64,000 nucleotides of DNA, from the IMG/VR virus record IMGVR_UViG_3300027747_004417; one strand, 5' to 3'. The first letter of the stretch is position 1; every line of letters starts with the position of its first letter. The notes below the pieces were generated by a model. That model did no database searches, was not told the origin of the DNA, and saw only the letters and a program-made list of their open reading frames with translations. The position numbers and the translations under genes were made by a program. Source of the DNA: a virus. Shown here piece by piece: positions 31,601 to 39,700 of the stretch.

Positions 31601-34600
31601 ATCTGATATTTTTGAGCCTATAAGCCAATTCCAAAATCCTCCGTAAACTGGCATAGACGCCAATGAAGTGGAGGCGGATGCTACATTTTTAGTTATATCA
31701 CCGACAGACTGAAGGATTGTGGCAATACCCTTAGACATACTCTCTGCTTCCGCAGGATTTATAGTTGTTCCTATCTTGTTAGATGCTTCTTTTACCGCTC
31801 CTATAAATCCGACTATTGGGTTTATTAGAGCATTAAATGCCCTAGTGCCTAACCACATAAGAGGTATAGCCAACATAGCAGATGCGAAGAATAGGCCTAA
31901 AATAGATAGCCCAGCAACGGAAGCCAAAATAGATAGTGCTATTTTAGCTGCTCCGCCAAGTATGGAGGAAACTCCTTCTACCACTTTTTTTATTTCATCG
32001 GAAGACAGCAAAGAACCAGCGATTGAACCAGCCATTTCTATTATCGAAGAAGCTAAAGATAGAACAACTGGTGTTAACGCATAAAGAGCTATTGCTCCAC
32101 CTATCATTGCTGGTATTGCAGCTGTAGTTGCAGCTGCAAGGTAACCTAGTCCAGCTAGTCCAGCCATTGCAGCCATCACCGATACAGCTATTGCACCTGC
32201 TGCAGCTATTATTCCTGCAACTTGATAAGCGGTTTTAGCTGCTGTTGAAGCATCCATTTCTCTTGTTGCTAATATTCCTTTCATCATATTAACTAAGGCA
32301 CTAGCTAGAACTACTATTGCCGGAGTAAGTATAAAAAGAGCAGCGGCACCGGCAGCCATTGGCCCAACATATGCCCAAGCTGTGGGTAACAATAGACCCA
32401 AGCCAGTTAATCCTGCTAAGGCTCCAATTATAGCCACAGATATAAGTGCGGTAGACGCTATCAATGCAGCAACGTCGTAAGCAACCTTAGCTGCTTTTCC
32501 TGCATCTACTCCCATTATTCCCAATATACCACTAATTAGTTTGTTTAGGGCTGCTGCTAAGAAAACTATAACAGGAGCTAGAATCATTAAGGCCATACCG
32601 CCTTTTATTATTTCTGGCACAAACTTTGAAGCATAATCATCTAAAAGGCCTAAGCCATATAAACCGGCCATAGCTCCAATTACCGCCCCAGCAATTGCCG
32701 CCGTTCCGGCTATCAGTGCCGCAACTTTTCCTGTAACCGCTCCTATCGTTGATGCATCAAGTCCCATTATGCCTAATATAATCTGAGAAATCTTAACTAT
32801 AGTGGCACCCAAAAGCACTAATCCTGGCCCTAGAATTAGGAGTGCTTTTGCTCCTTTCCACATCAAGTCTTTTATTTTGTTTGGGTCTTTTAGTAGATCG
32901 TTGTCTGATAGCTTTTTAAATCCTTCTAAAGCCTCACTAGCAGCTAGTGTTAACGCCCCCGCAGCCGCTACTATGGCCGCTACGGTTCCAGCTGTTTCTG
33001 CAACGGTCGATAAGTCTAAACCAAAAGCTCCAACAATCATTTGAGCTAGTTTAACTATAGTTGCACCCAATAGAACCAAAGCGGGTCCAAGTATAAGAAG
33101 GGCTGCTACTGTTGATGCTAGGTCTTCACTAAATATTTCACTTATCTTTGGAAATTTAACTATTTCTTGTTCACTTGTTAAAAGCTTGTAAGCTCCATAG
33201 CCAGCGGCTGCTATGGCTGCACCAGCAGCAGCTAAAGCCCCTACTGTACCAGCAGTCTGTATTATTTTTGTAGCGTCTAGATTAAATGCATCCATGATCT
33301 TTCCAGATAAGAATACTATGGCTGATGCCAAGGCTACTGCACCGGCTGCTAGTACTAATATCCCTGCAGCGGTTTTTGCCATTTCCTTGCCACTAGAAAT
33401 TAAATCATTAAGATCTATTCCAGCTACCTTTGGAACTTCAACTTGACTTATTCTTTTTTCTCTGGAGTCTATGTAAGACTGCTCAAGTTTAATTATATTT
33501 TTTGTTCTTTTTCCATTAGAAACTTCACTTATAAGTTCTTTTTTCTCTATCTTATTCAGGCCTTGCTGCTGCTTTATGTTTTTTATTTCTTGCTTCTTTG
33601 CCTGTCTCCAAACAGCAGGACTTACTCCCATGGTTTCTGCTTTTTGTTTGGCAGCTTGTCCCGAAGCTTTCCGAGCAGCTATTTCTTCTGGGGAAAGCTT
33701 TGCTCTTTTTGCTGCTTTACCTGCGGTCTGTTCCACTACTTGGGCTGGGGCACTCGCCTCAGGAGGCACTATCTTTCCCTCTTGTACAGTTATTGGTGTA
33801 AGGCCTTCTTGTATAGAAGGCATTGCTTTTTCTTTAGTTTGCTCGACCGTTTGTTTAGCCCCAGAACAAACACAGTCTGCTATTCTTTTCAATGTATCAA
33901 GCATAGAATTGTTTACACTTAGCAATTGGTCTTGCCAAGAGCTAGCAACTTCTTTAACAGTGTCTGGTCTTTTAGATCCTACAACCTTCGCAGCAGTTTC
34001 TTCTGCTTTTGAAGTAACTGTAGTCGCTGCCTTGCTAGCTTCATCAACTTTTATTGTTCCTCCAAGATCCGCAGCTACTTTTGGTCCAAATATAAAATCA
34101 CGTAAGTCTGCGAAGGCTTTTGTAATAAACCCTCTTGGGTCCTGCATCGTGTCTTGGCCGCTGGGATCTTTGTATCTAAAGAATGTGTTAAGGAACGCAG
34201 CTGTGTCTTTTACAAACTCTTTGCCTTGTGAGAAAGATGACGCTACTCCGCTTATCGTTCCAACAAGATAAAGTAACTCTTTTCCTATAAAACTACTGAA
34301 CAAACCGGATATCAAACTCTTGCTTATATCTCTTAAAGTATCATTCATTTGAAGCAGCGTTTGATTCATTGAGCTTAATGGGTCTAGCTGGGCTTTTTGT
34401 GCTGTTGAAAGTTCTTGTTCTGCTTTTGATAGCTCTGACGTTAATTCTCTAAATTTTGTTTCGTCTTTAAGGGCGTCTTCTATTTTCTTAGAATCTATAG
34501 AAAGCTCTTTCTTTCCAGCCTTCTTGAGCCCTTCATTTAAAGTATTAACAGCCGTTTTTAGAGATGATCTGGCTACGTCTCTCTCGCTTGTCCATGCTTG

Positions 34601-36901
34601 CCCTATTGCTGCTATGTCCTCTTCAAACTCTCCTCTTCTCTTTCCAAACTTGGCTAAAGCCTCATCCATGCTTTTCGTGCCTTTAGCAGCTTCAGAAATA
34701 GCAGTTAATGGGGCTAGGGCCGCTGTTAGTTTGAGTCTTCTTTCGTCCTCAGCTATTTTGGCTTTTTCTTCTAGCGTAAGGTTTTTTGCTTTTTCTTTAT
34801 TTAACTCTGTTAGTCTTTCTGCTAGAGTTCTTGACTTATTTTCTAGTGCTTCAATAGCACCAACTAGTTCTCCTGATTCCATTCCAAACGCAGCCTTAAA
34901 CCTCATGTTCAATAGTCGTTTATCCAGTGCAGACATATTTTCTAAGCTTGCTCTCATTTCTTCTGCATTACTTCCTGCTAAACCTAGAGCTCTTGCTTGC
35001 TGCATTAATCCACTATTAAATTGCTTTATATTTTTATTGCTTTTTAGTATCTCACCATTCCACATTTCTTGTGTTAATCCGGCTCTGGCTGCTGCATTAG
35101 CAACTAAGGCTAAGGTTTGTGTGTCTGCTTCTAGAAAACCTGATGTTGAGCTTAAGGCTCCTAATAATTTGCCTCCCTCCACTCCTACTTTTTGAAACTC
35201 AGCCTGAAGCCCTATGACATTAGAAACACTTCCTGCCGTTGCTGTGCTTGCCTTTCTCATTTGATCAACAAACTGCTTGCTTGAATCAACAGCTTGCTTT
35301 AATCGATCCCCCACCACCCCAGAATCTCTTCCTACGTTTCTAATTCCCCTTCCCACAGCAGCTATTTGATCTTCATTGAACTTAAAAGAATTGCCGAACT
35401 CTAAAAATTGTTCCCCAAGAGAACCAGCCTCTACTCCTATTTGCTTTTCTGTGTTTAACTGTGCACTAACTAGGGAATTAAGCTTTTTCTGGTCTCTCAA
35501 TCCAGACTTAGTTCCTCTTAAAAATGCTTCTTGAAATTTTTCTCTTGCAACACCTGTTCTTATGGAGCTTTTTCCTATGTCTTCATAACTTTTTTGTAGA
35601 GATCGCGTTTCTCCTGTAACCCCAGCTGTTTCATATGCTGCCGCTCTTATATCTTGTACAAACTTTCTTTCTTTGTCTATTAATCCTTCTATGGCTGTAT
35701 TGAGAACCTCAAACCCTAATGTAAATTTTTCTAAAGCTGATATGGTTCTTATCTGAAGGTCTCTATTTCTTTGCTCTATGTCTTCTCTTCTTCTTTCTTG
35801 TCTTCCCGAAGCTTTTAGCCTTCTCGCTTCTAGTTGTATTATGGATTCCATAACACCTTTTTTCTCTTGGTCTGTTTTAAGAGAATCATCATCAAACTTT
35901 CTGCCAGATCTGGCATATGCTGCTCTGAACTTTTCGTTGTTCTGGTATGCGTCTTCGAAGCTTAACCCGCCAATTTCTTTGCGAAAGTATTTGACTATGT
36001 CATCCACATTTGTCGAATAAGATCCAGCCCATGATTTAATTTGTTTATCCGTTAAATCTGCTGCTCCTACTAGTCCTTTGAACGCTTTGCCGGAACGCAA
36101 ACTTAGAAAAAAGTCTTTTGCGTCTTCAAGACTGCTTATTTGAATCTCAAAAGGTTCTGCTCGATCTAATCTTTCCATGAATTCTTGATATTCACTCTCA
36201 TCAAAGCTTCTTATACGAGGCTCTCTTGGAACTCCAAAATCCACACTAGAATTTCGCTCTGTAGCACTTGCGGAAGCTTTTTTTGCGTCATCAAAAAAGG
36301 AATCACCTTTTATTTCACTTACTATGTCGCTTGTTTTTACAACGTCCGCTACGGACATTTTTTCTGCTATTTTTGTTAGGGTATCATATACTTGGTGAAG
36401 CCATCTTTCACAGTAAACGTCATGTGTGTACCCAGATCCTTTTTTGCTAAATACTTTATAGAGTCCTTCTGTGGACTCAGAGACTATTTCTCCTTGCTTG
36501 AAATCCTTCTTAAAAAAGTTTTTAAGACTAGCCATGAACTTTTCTGGAAATGTTTCTTCTTTTTGTTCGCTTTTTTCTCCTTTATCCTTCTCTTGTCCTT
36601 TTGTTCCTTCTTTCTTTTGCCCAATATCAGACAGCAGCGATTTTATTTCTTCTACAAGGTTTGCTTGCTCGCTTATGTCTTGACTATGTCCTTTTACATA
36701 TTTTTCAAACGCCTGCACCAGTGGCCCGTAGTCAAATTGTCTATCTCCTGATGCTCCTTCTGACGGCTTCTCTGTATTGCTAATTGGTTTGGCAGGACCT
36801 ACCTTGCTTTTCATGAGGGTCCCGATAAGACCCTTCAGCTCACCAATGCTCATATTGGTGCTATTGATTTTTCTACCCAGGTTGTCTAAAGCTTCTGTCA
36901 T
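22676..36901 (-). CDS. Giant tape-measure-like protein (4741 aa)
   Basis: Upstream of tube-initiator/LysM/hub/spike genes; A/K/S/G-rich helical composition, hydrophobic Ala-rich blocks, and the motif FAEGGVVSKATLGVIGEAGPEAVVPL near aa 3130. Confidence 0.8.
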   Translation of the reverse strand: MTEALDNLGRKINSTNMSIGELKGLIGTLMKSKVGPAKPISNTEKPSEGASGDRQFDYGPLVQAFEKYVKGHSQDISEQANLVEEIKSLLSDIGQKKEGTKGQEKDKGEKSEQKEETFPEKFMASLKNFFKKDFKQGEIVSESTEGLYKVFSKKGSGYTHDVYCERWLHQVYDTLTKIAEKMSVADVVKTSDIVSEIKGDSFFDDAKKASASATERNSSVDFGVPREPRIRSFDESEYQEFMERLDRAEPFEIQISSLEDAKDFFLSLRSGKAFKGLVGAADLTDKQIKSWAGSYSTNVDDIVKYFRKEIGGLSFEDAYQNNEKFRAAYARSGRKFDDDSLKTDQEKKGVMESIIQLEARRLKASGRQERRREDIEQRNRDLQIRTISALEKFTLGFEVLNTAIEGLIDKERKFVQDIRAAAYETAGVTGETRSLQKSYEDIGKSSIRTGVAREKFQEAFLRGTKSGLRDQKKLNSLVSAQLNTEKQIGVEAGSLGEQFLEFGNSFKFNEDQIAAVGRGIRNVGRDSGVVGDRLKQAVDSSKQFVDQMRKASTATAGSVSNVIGLQAEFQKVGVEGGKLLGALSSTSGFLEADTQTLALVANAAARAGLTQEMWNGEILKSNKNIKQFNSGLMQQARALGLAGSNAEEMRASLENMSALDKRLLNMRFKAAFGMESGELVGAIEALENKSRTLAERLTELNKEKAKNLTLEEKAKIAEDERRLKLTAALAPLTAISEAAKGTKSMDEALAKFGKRRGEFEEDIAAIGQAWTSERDVARSSLKTAVNTLNEGLKKAGKKELSIDSKKIEDALKDETKFRELTSELSKAEQELSTAQKAQLDPLSSMNQTLLQMNDTLRDISKSLISGLFSSFIGKELLYLVGTISGVASSFSQGKEFVKDTAAFLNTFFRYKDPSGQDTMQDPRGFITKAFADLRDFIFGPKVAADLGGTIKVDEASKAATTVTSKAEETAAKVVGSKRPDTVKEVASSWQDQLLSVNNSMLDTLKRIADCVCSGAKQTVEQTKEKAMPSIQEGLTPITVQEGKIVPPEASAPAQVVEQTAGKAAKRAKLSPEEIAARKASGQAAKQKAETMGVSPAVWRQAKKQEIKNIKQQQGLNKIEKKELISEVSNGKRTKNIIKLEQSYIDSREKRISQVEVPKVAGIDLNDLISSGKEMAKTAAGILVLAAGAVALASAIVFLSGKIMDAFNLDATKIIQTAGTVGALAAAGAAIAAAGYGAYKLLTSEQEIVKFPKISEIFSEDLASTVAALLILGPALVLLGATIVKLAQMIVGAFGLDLSTVAETAGTVAAIVAAAGALTLAASEALEGFKKLSDNDLLKDPNKIKDLMWKGAKALLILGPGLVLLGATIVKISQIILGIMGLDASTIGAVTGKVAALIAGTAAIAGAVIGAMAGLYGLGLLDDYASKFVPEIIKGGMALMILAPVIVFLAAALNKLISGILGIMGVDAGKAAKVAYDVAALIASTALISVAIIGALAGLTGLGLLLPTAWAYVGPMAAGAAALFILTPAIVVLASALVNMMKGILATREMDASTAAKTAYQVAGIIAAAGAIAVSVMAAMAGLAGLGYLAAATTAAIPAMIGGAIALYALTPVVLSLASSIIEMAGSIAGSLLSSDEIKKVVEGVSSILGGAAKIALSILASVAGLSILGLFFASAMLAIPLMWLGTRAFNALINPIVGFIGAVKEASNKIGTTINPAEAESMSKGIATILQSVGDITKNVASASTSLASMPVYGGFWNWLIGSKISDRMWDGVRALKDLMAPIIAYVSAVKLFSGVVGRIVDPREAKPMGEGVSSILQSCASITDSIFKSAEPLKKMSKYQGFFNWLRGKTVGDMVDSGVDALKNLSGPITRYVAAIKAFSSKVGGTLSPRMAAEMAVGVEDILCAVGGVSRIILKNKENLSGIKYKEWGWFGTNYVKQMNSGAVALEKMSEPVLSYVAVIKRFSKRLGRRLNPRLAASMANGVAEIISGTGEVTKKVLETREELSKIKTSTGWGWFRKDYVKKSREGVKALKELSGPIIEYVDTIKGFSSEVGRKLDVRQAASMARGVAEILGASGDVTEKIVATKDKLVKVKTSEGFWLWATNIPDAMNKGVKALGELKLPIINYVSSITDFSKEVGSKVKPQEAKAAVKGLQQVAGVVEVFSCVLNHLKDRINPLTKSGWFVDSPIEQMVKAKKEMDKFFPVLAQFINSMIQNVSSSFKNVGELKATVKNLSSISQIFQKVGETVAVIREKIVPITKSGWFSGSDVEAIKGAIPKFNGFFVSISKFITDGIVGPISNIDDGSKLKESAKKLVGVSQLLKETSSSMSSLQSMIGLTTDGFFSSSPMKTISANKDKFTQYFAGVSGFINSGILEPIKKITNAEGLVEAGAKLKDIGCFIYGIKLILDNLSGVFSLMESKSIFEKAPLEKIRINKDQFSKYLETAKDFVLSGLLKPSLELPSEEITVGANNLKQTAYLLAGVPVVIKGLVGAVSLAVDKDDFFGETPMKKIADSKGAFSAYFKEIAAFVRDGIALPVKKELDGIDLAGSSKTMSAMSNIVASVVPIIKNLTGVMGMMSGETVDKLDTDFPIDKILSYKNLFADYFKKIAVFLRDGIVIPVKEVFPDTKGIRQASSTLSAMNNIVSSVPRVILGMSKGFVPLVESGQDLSKEVPMEAIINSKEKFAKWFFEIAHFLKDGVVNPINNVIGDPKEIRKAGSTLSAMSNVVGSMSSIIKNLAQMFVGLNERECLREAPAELIASQIEKFSGWFYSIISFLKVGIINPVNALVPDAKEMDGVRVKLRVLTASMSAIPEMFDELGGSISLFSKGFLWRIINGFKISKLSKNFISMANIINEGIVKPIQKFLPSSDELSEVNDQLTEFIMIIEKVASTMGLAGRAFLGIKPMDLDGIVSMKEGVQKVSDPKVFEAEVQKAIRGRSEMAINMAEKQAEAAAIVALSKKTGRTDLSGVEVDTQVDMEKKVVKAVARWSKENHDDALEVRAVNEGINAGAGGPGRSALPAAATPKKGQITPQPKTAEASEALKGASKKKEPIRVEAVERYEFNDAEERNDAIESATMLAKAEILKAIKGVSGENYSIGPEVLSGVKYKSKAQWMKDHGEAKVEAEYIPKFAEGGVVSKATLGVIGEAGPEAVVPLSGIEKYSSGIISGLYEINSTLKKILSQITKSGKKAFTSSISRGEAGSFDEGDAPVTNTFLDIGKGALSVGLGVALAPAISKMLESFKKSMADIVKVVSGSSKNNTPAKGAAASEGSGILGTLYSIGEGLFSMIPSFESNPADCCGAVAESADGLFGSLKNNLPRSIVDKSTSAFEGVKSRSGKAFSEMSSYFSSSFAPLTKGFTRSMNAGEGIFTSLSRGIQSQYMSITKGKSVSEMAQGAFEQIKSSGVKAFNYINSNIPQSWKENASKAFSTINNKIPQSVKDTSAEAFKVIKEKGSKAISSVGGYLSSSFAPLTKGFTRSMEAGEGIFKSLSRGITSQYMSITKGKPVSEVISNSFSQIKDNGIKAFETIKSKIPQSWKDNAGKAFSSVKDGGIKAFNYISNKIPQSVKDNAAKAFGTIKDVGGKALSSAGSYLSSSFAPLTKGFTRSMESGAGVFQSVSRGITSQYMSITKGKPISEIAKGAFDQIKDGGSKAFSYISNNVPQSLKDNAAKAFNVVGGYASKAFSGMSGFFSSSFAPLTKGFTRSMEAGEGVFKSLSRGMTSQFMSLTKGKSISEIAGNAFSSIKEYGKKGMTLAGGALKGLKEKAQGGISSAGGAVKSLFSKKAGPEGAVASVGAPTAAVAPVENVKKIGEAGESVKGNFEGVKEALKNLAEGLKSFANKESFLGALNLIPTGIGLTAMIPGFLGAKLIEKTDGKKIAASLGGLAEGLKSMASGKVLLGAGAILLSSIGLLGLLPALPGLAILGAMSGLVTSGLTALSTGLTSFGSAAANPMMWLGILAIAGLGAALIPLGYALSTLSPLVAAFGGVISTVLGGISGIITAVADGMVNFLGAVSLEKAAGLVGIAGGLVVLSGAIIAFSAATAAAGWISFFGGNSSTLDNIVRLADAGPNLNTFAQALTTITGALSAFEESLANIDGIESGLNRLIEVAINLGSVAPMLEILSSLPAIGQVATPTATVESAAIPAIGQVATPIATVESAAIQETQTRQMTPTNFKSQFTDEWSEKYHPAPGPGTVSATSEIESSLAQKKETGLSVTSPTAAVESSLVQSKQTDATSVSPVQNTEKAVLASAGKAEGKEKGVFDIGSMGNTINSGLKAVFVDLPVMIGGLLISGLKAVFVDLPVMIGGLLISGLKAVFVDLPNLVLSGLGSLGSIILSGLKMVFMGIPKMIGKFVLGGLKFVLSDLPQMIMSGLGSLASLALAGLQAVFVKLPTMLLSALGSLGSVVLNGIKAVFVTLPSLLGGLIISGMKAIFFDLPVWLGKTIFDGITSLLSAIPGAMYNALYAAASAVNAGWIVEGLFGGGTKKSATSKESTTNVETPTAKAESSLAANVEAPTNKVESSLSDVAVQETRKMTPTNFKSQFTDEWSEKYHPAPTENLSGKLSSPESIRHIDEVVSGRNLSYGSIKESHIGNAMPGTSLEAAIPSQVESVGGKPSTTVPVAVSTASPTAANRANIEQKLMKDKASLSPAKSEVVSPELGALTTETEEQTVVLNQMKELFEQFLEMLKPKSQASTGEGGEPGSTVPKNVVGKPTNYYRRVSGNVGQGPGKATVNLGAKAVS
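23940..24085 (-). repeat. 57-bp coding tandem repeat (GLKAVFVDLPVMIGGLLIS), ~2.5 copies
   Basis: Seen directly in DNA and translation. Confidence 0.9.
24419..24528 (-). repeat. 54-bp coding tandem duplication (PAIGQVATP[TI]ATVESAAI x2)
   Basis: Two near-identical copies of tagcagcggactcaacag..gtagcaacttgtccaatcgctggaa. Confidence 0.92.
25700..26900 (-). repeat. Four ~100-130 aa imperfect repeats with core SSSFAPLTKGFTRSMxAGEG..SLSRG..SQYMSITKGK
   Basis: Cores near 26840, 26490, 26100 and 25810. Confidence 0.9.
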
Positions 36902-36924
36902 CTTGTTGTTAAAAGAGTTTGAAT

Positions 36925-37440
36925 CTAATTAAATGGGGTTTCCTCGGTAGCGGTAGCTGGTGGATTAACTATGCGATTTATTTGATCCCGCACAGATTTT
37001 CTTATGGCTTCTATTTCGTTTGGATCTAGTGACCTAGACATAGCCATTGCGTTAACAATAAATCGGCAGTCGAGCTTTTTAAGCGATCCTATGCCTCTTT
37101 TTTTGTATTGTCGGAAGGCTGAGCTTATATATCCATTGTTTTTGATAGATTGATACGTAAAATTAGGATTTTGGCAGACAGATACGTTGTTATTTGGAAA
37201 AATTAACTTTTTTATGACTGGAAATGTCAGATAATGCAAATTAATGCCTCTTATGTATAGTCCTTTGTTTGGCTGTGCATTGACTGGATAGTCTGGATCT
37301 GTGACTAAAACTAGTGGAGAAGGATCATGCCCCGGCTTGTAAAAAGCATAGCTAAAAGAGATTAAGTCCCCTCTTGCTAGTGCCCCACTAAGGTTTGATC
37401 GATTGGAATTTAGGAGTATGTCTACAAATGGGGCGGCCAT
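36925..37440 (-). CDS. DNA end protector protein (T4 gp2-like)
   Basis: SFSYAFYKPGHDPSPLVLV..GINLHYL motif. Confidence 0.65.
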   Translation of the reverse strand: MAAPFVDILLNSNRSNLSGALARGDLISFSYAFYKPGHDPSPLVLVTDPDYPVNAQPNKGLYIRGINLHYLTFPVIKKLIFPNNNVSVCQNPNFTYQSIKNNGYISSAFRQYKKRGIGSLKKLDCRFIVNAMAMSRSLDPNEIEAIRKSVRDQINRIVNPPATATEETPFN

Positions 37441-37575
37441 AATTTTTATTTAGCTTTTGGTCGCCCTAAAATCAAAAATAGCCAAGAGCTTAAAATCGCC
37501 CGAATCAGTGGTATAATGATATTGTGTCACTGCTCAAATTTCAAATTAGCCTCAATTTCATTGTACCCTATGTAG

Positions 37576-38100
37576 GTGTCTCTTAAACGATTGGAGCTAA
37601 AAATGCACCTGTGTTGTCCTCGATGCGATACTGTCGTGAACGTTTATGACTACAACTTATTCGAAATTTGGACTTGCAAAAAGTGTGAGTGGAGATTTAG
37701 AGGAGTTCATGCAAGGTTTCCTGGACTCAGGAATCTGATCAATAGCATTATCGCTCCTATTTACACTAATACTCAACTTATTCATCTTGCCAATTGCACC
37801 CATTGTGGATCTTTGGTAGACCTTAAATGCATAGGAGTCCACACTTATGCTCCTAGAGATTTTGGACAATATAGACACATAGGTTATAATGGACCTTATG
37901 TGTGCAAAAGATGCTGTAGACCTTTGCCATGGGACTACCCAGATCAATTTGAACACGTTGCAAGAGCTTTCAACGAAGAATTAGACAAACGAAACAGTTC
38001 TAGAAAAGAAACGCCCCAAGCATCTGGGGAGTCTTTAAACCCACTAGACTTGTCTAAGATGGCTCAAGAGCTATACAAAAATAAACACAAAGTATCTTAG
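37576..38100 (+). CDS. Zinc-ribbon protein (four CxxC pairs)
   Basis: CPRC, CKKC, CTHC, CKRC; TATAAT upstream near 37513. Confidence 0.65.
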   Translation: MSLKRLELKMHLCCPRCDTVVNVYDYNLFEIWTCKKCEWRFRGVHARFPGLRNLINSIIAPIYTNTQLIHLANCTHCGSLVDLKCIGVHTYAPRDFGQYRHIGYNGPYVCKRCCRPLPWDYPDQFEHVARAFNEELDKRNSSRKETPQASGESLNPLDLSKMAQELYKNKHKVS

Positions 38101-38108
38101 GAAGTATA

Positions 38109-38231
38109 ATGTACGTAACTAATATGCAATACTTTTGTGCTTGTTTAAGCACTATGTTTGTTGGAATAGCTTTAGGAATTTGTCTAACTTCTTTTTTTAT
38201 GGAGAGCAAAAATGAAAGACCCTCTGATTAG
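38109..38231 (+). CDS. Small putative membrane protein (40 aa)
   Basis: Manual translation MYVTNMQYFCACLSTMFVGIALGICLTSFFMESKNERPSD. Confidence 0.3.
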   Translation: MYVTNMQYFCACLSTMFVGIALGICLTSFFMESKNERPSD

Positions 38232-38340
38232 TCTTATCGAGAACGATGCTATGTTTCGTATAATGTTTTTGGAGTATGATGCCAAGACTTCTTTTTGGTC
38301 AAAGATAGTGTACAGACTCAGGCTGTTTTTTAATCTTTAG
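38212..38340 (+). CDS. Small hypothetical protein (42 aa)
   Basis: MKDPLISLIENDAMFRIMFLEYDAKTSFWSKIVYRLRLFFNL; GGAG upstream. Confidence 0.4.
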   Translation: MKDPLISLIENDAMFRIMFLEYDAKTSFWSKIVYRLRLFFNL

Positions 38341-38396
38341 ATCTAACCATCAAGTAGTTAATGGAACTTTAAAGTTCATAAGCATACATAAAGCTA

Positions 38397-39479
38397 ATGA
38401 ACTTCACAGAGTGGTTAGAAAAAACCGGCAAAACAAAGCTCCTATCAGAAAAAGCGGTCCGCTCAGGAACCGCCCATTGGGCTTATCCCGATGGGTATAT
38501 GAGAAGTCACTATTCTTCTCTGTACTTCACGCCTACAGCAGCAGATGCTGTTCAAAAGATGGGGCCAAAAACTGATGAGGAAGAAGTTGATCATGGGCAA
38601 AAAACTTATGCTCACCATGAGCGTATGATTAAGCACGAAAGAACTCCCTCGACCCTAAAGTCGGCAACGCAGGTCGAATGCCATGGATTAGACTTTAAGG
38701 AACATCTAAGCATACAGCAAGATTATGAAGTTTTAATGAGTCTCGATGAAGTGGACTTGGTAAAGCTGCTCGCCAGCCCATCTATGTTTGCTGCCGGGGC
38801 CGCAGGTAACATACTAGGACAGGCTGTTAGGGGATCGGGAAATATAGTTGGTGGAGGACTTGATGCTTTAGGAGGACTAGGCTCAAGTGCCGTAGGTGCC
38901 CTTCAATACCTAGGTGGCAATAAAGCAGCAAGAGAAAAGGCCAAAAAAAGACTAAAATCTGGCCTCGGCGGTATCGCAGGAGGAGCAGGCAAGGTCTTAA
39001 GAGGTGCGGCTCAAATAGCTGCTACCCCTGTTACTGCACCTATTAGGGGAGCACAAGTTGTAGATGATCCGGGATCATTGAGCGGAGTCTTTGCTCCCAA
39101 TGATCCTGATAGAAACTATTGGCAAGATTTATTTGGACTTGCTTCTGGTTCCGAAAGAAAAGAAGAACAGCCCAAGACCAAAGAGGTTTCCAAAGCTGAG
39201 AGCGAACAATTAGAAAAAGTTAAGTCTGTTAGGTCTGCTGTGATAAATGGATCAAAAGTTCTACATGACGCTCCTGACGAATGGGCGAGGCTTGTAGAGT
39301 CTTTAAGAAACGCTCTTACCGCAAAAGAAGCGATACGCATTATGTCTTATATGAAGAAGAAGTTTCCCGAAGCTTATAGGGGAGCATTAGATAGAGCCAG
39401 ACAGTTAAGCAGAAGCAGGCCTTCAACTAATCCATCGGGTCTTTTAAGATCCGGTTCTCGAAGACCTAAGCCATTCTAA
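38397..39479 (+). CDS. Hypothetical protein with CTS-like N-terminus and Gly/Ala-rich segment (360 aa)
   Basis: Starts MNFTEWLE; glycine-zipper-like middle region. Confidence 0.75.
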   Translation: MNFTEWLEKTGKTKLLSEKAVRSGTAHWAYPDGYMRSHYSSLYFTPTAADAVQKMGPKTDEEEVDHGQKTYAHHERMIKHERTPSTLKSATQVECHGLDFKEHLSIQQDYEVLMSLDEVDLVKLLASPSMFAAGAAGNILGQAVRGSGNIVGGGLDALGGLGSSAVGALQYLGGNKAAREKAKKRLKSGLGGIAGGAGKVLRGAAQIAATPVTAPIRGAQVVDDPGSLSGVFAPNDPDRNYWQDLFGLASGSERKEEQPKTKEVSKAESEQLEKVKSVRSAVINGSKVLHDAPDEWARLVESLRNALTAKEAIRIMSYMKKKFPEAYRGALDRARQLSRSRPSTNPSGLLRSGSRRPKPF

Positions 39480-39483
39480 AATA

Positions 39484-39510
39484 ATAGCCCTCCATTTTGT
39501 GAAGGGCTAT
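39484..39510. terminator. Hairpin between convergent genes, probable intrinsic terminator
   Basis: atagccct / agggctat 8-bp stem; T-rich tail on the minus strand. Confidence 0.5.
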
Positions 39511-39526
39511 CAAACCGACTCCGAAA

Positions 39527-39700
39527 TTAGTCTTTCAGTATAACGTATAATGCATGAATTATTCCTGGTATGTAGCCCAGAAATGTAAGAACTACGTTTA
39601 CAACTAACTGCAAACCAAGTCCTTTTTTGATTGCTACCCCTACTGGTGGTAGGAATATTGCTAACAATAATGCAACTAAGTCTAAATCTTCTTTTTCCAT
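39527..39700 (-). CDS. YqaE/Pmp3 family small membrane proteolipid (57 aa)
   Basis: LLLAIFLPPVGV..NVVLTFLGYIPGIIHALYVI; start moved to ATG 39700 with GGAGGT RBS. Confidence 0.9.
   Translation of the reverse strand: MEKEDLDLVALLLAIFLPPVGVAIKKGLGLQLVVNVVLTFLGYIPGIIHALYVILKD

Noticed and set aside
22767-36783. Many plus-strand ORFs opposite the tape-measure gene
   Set aside because: Antisense shadows with no RBS or recognisable motifs.
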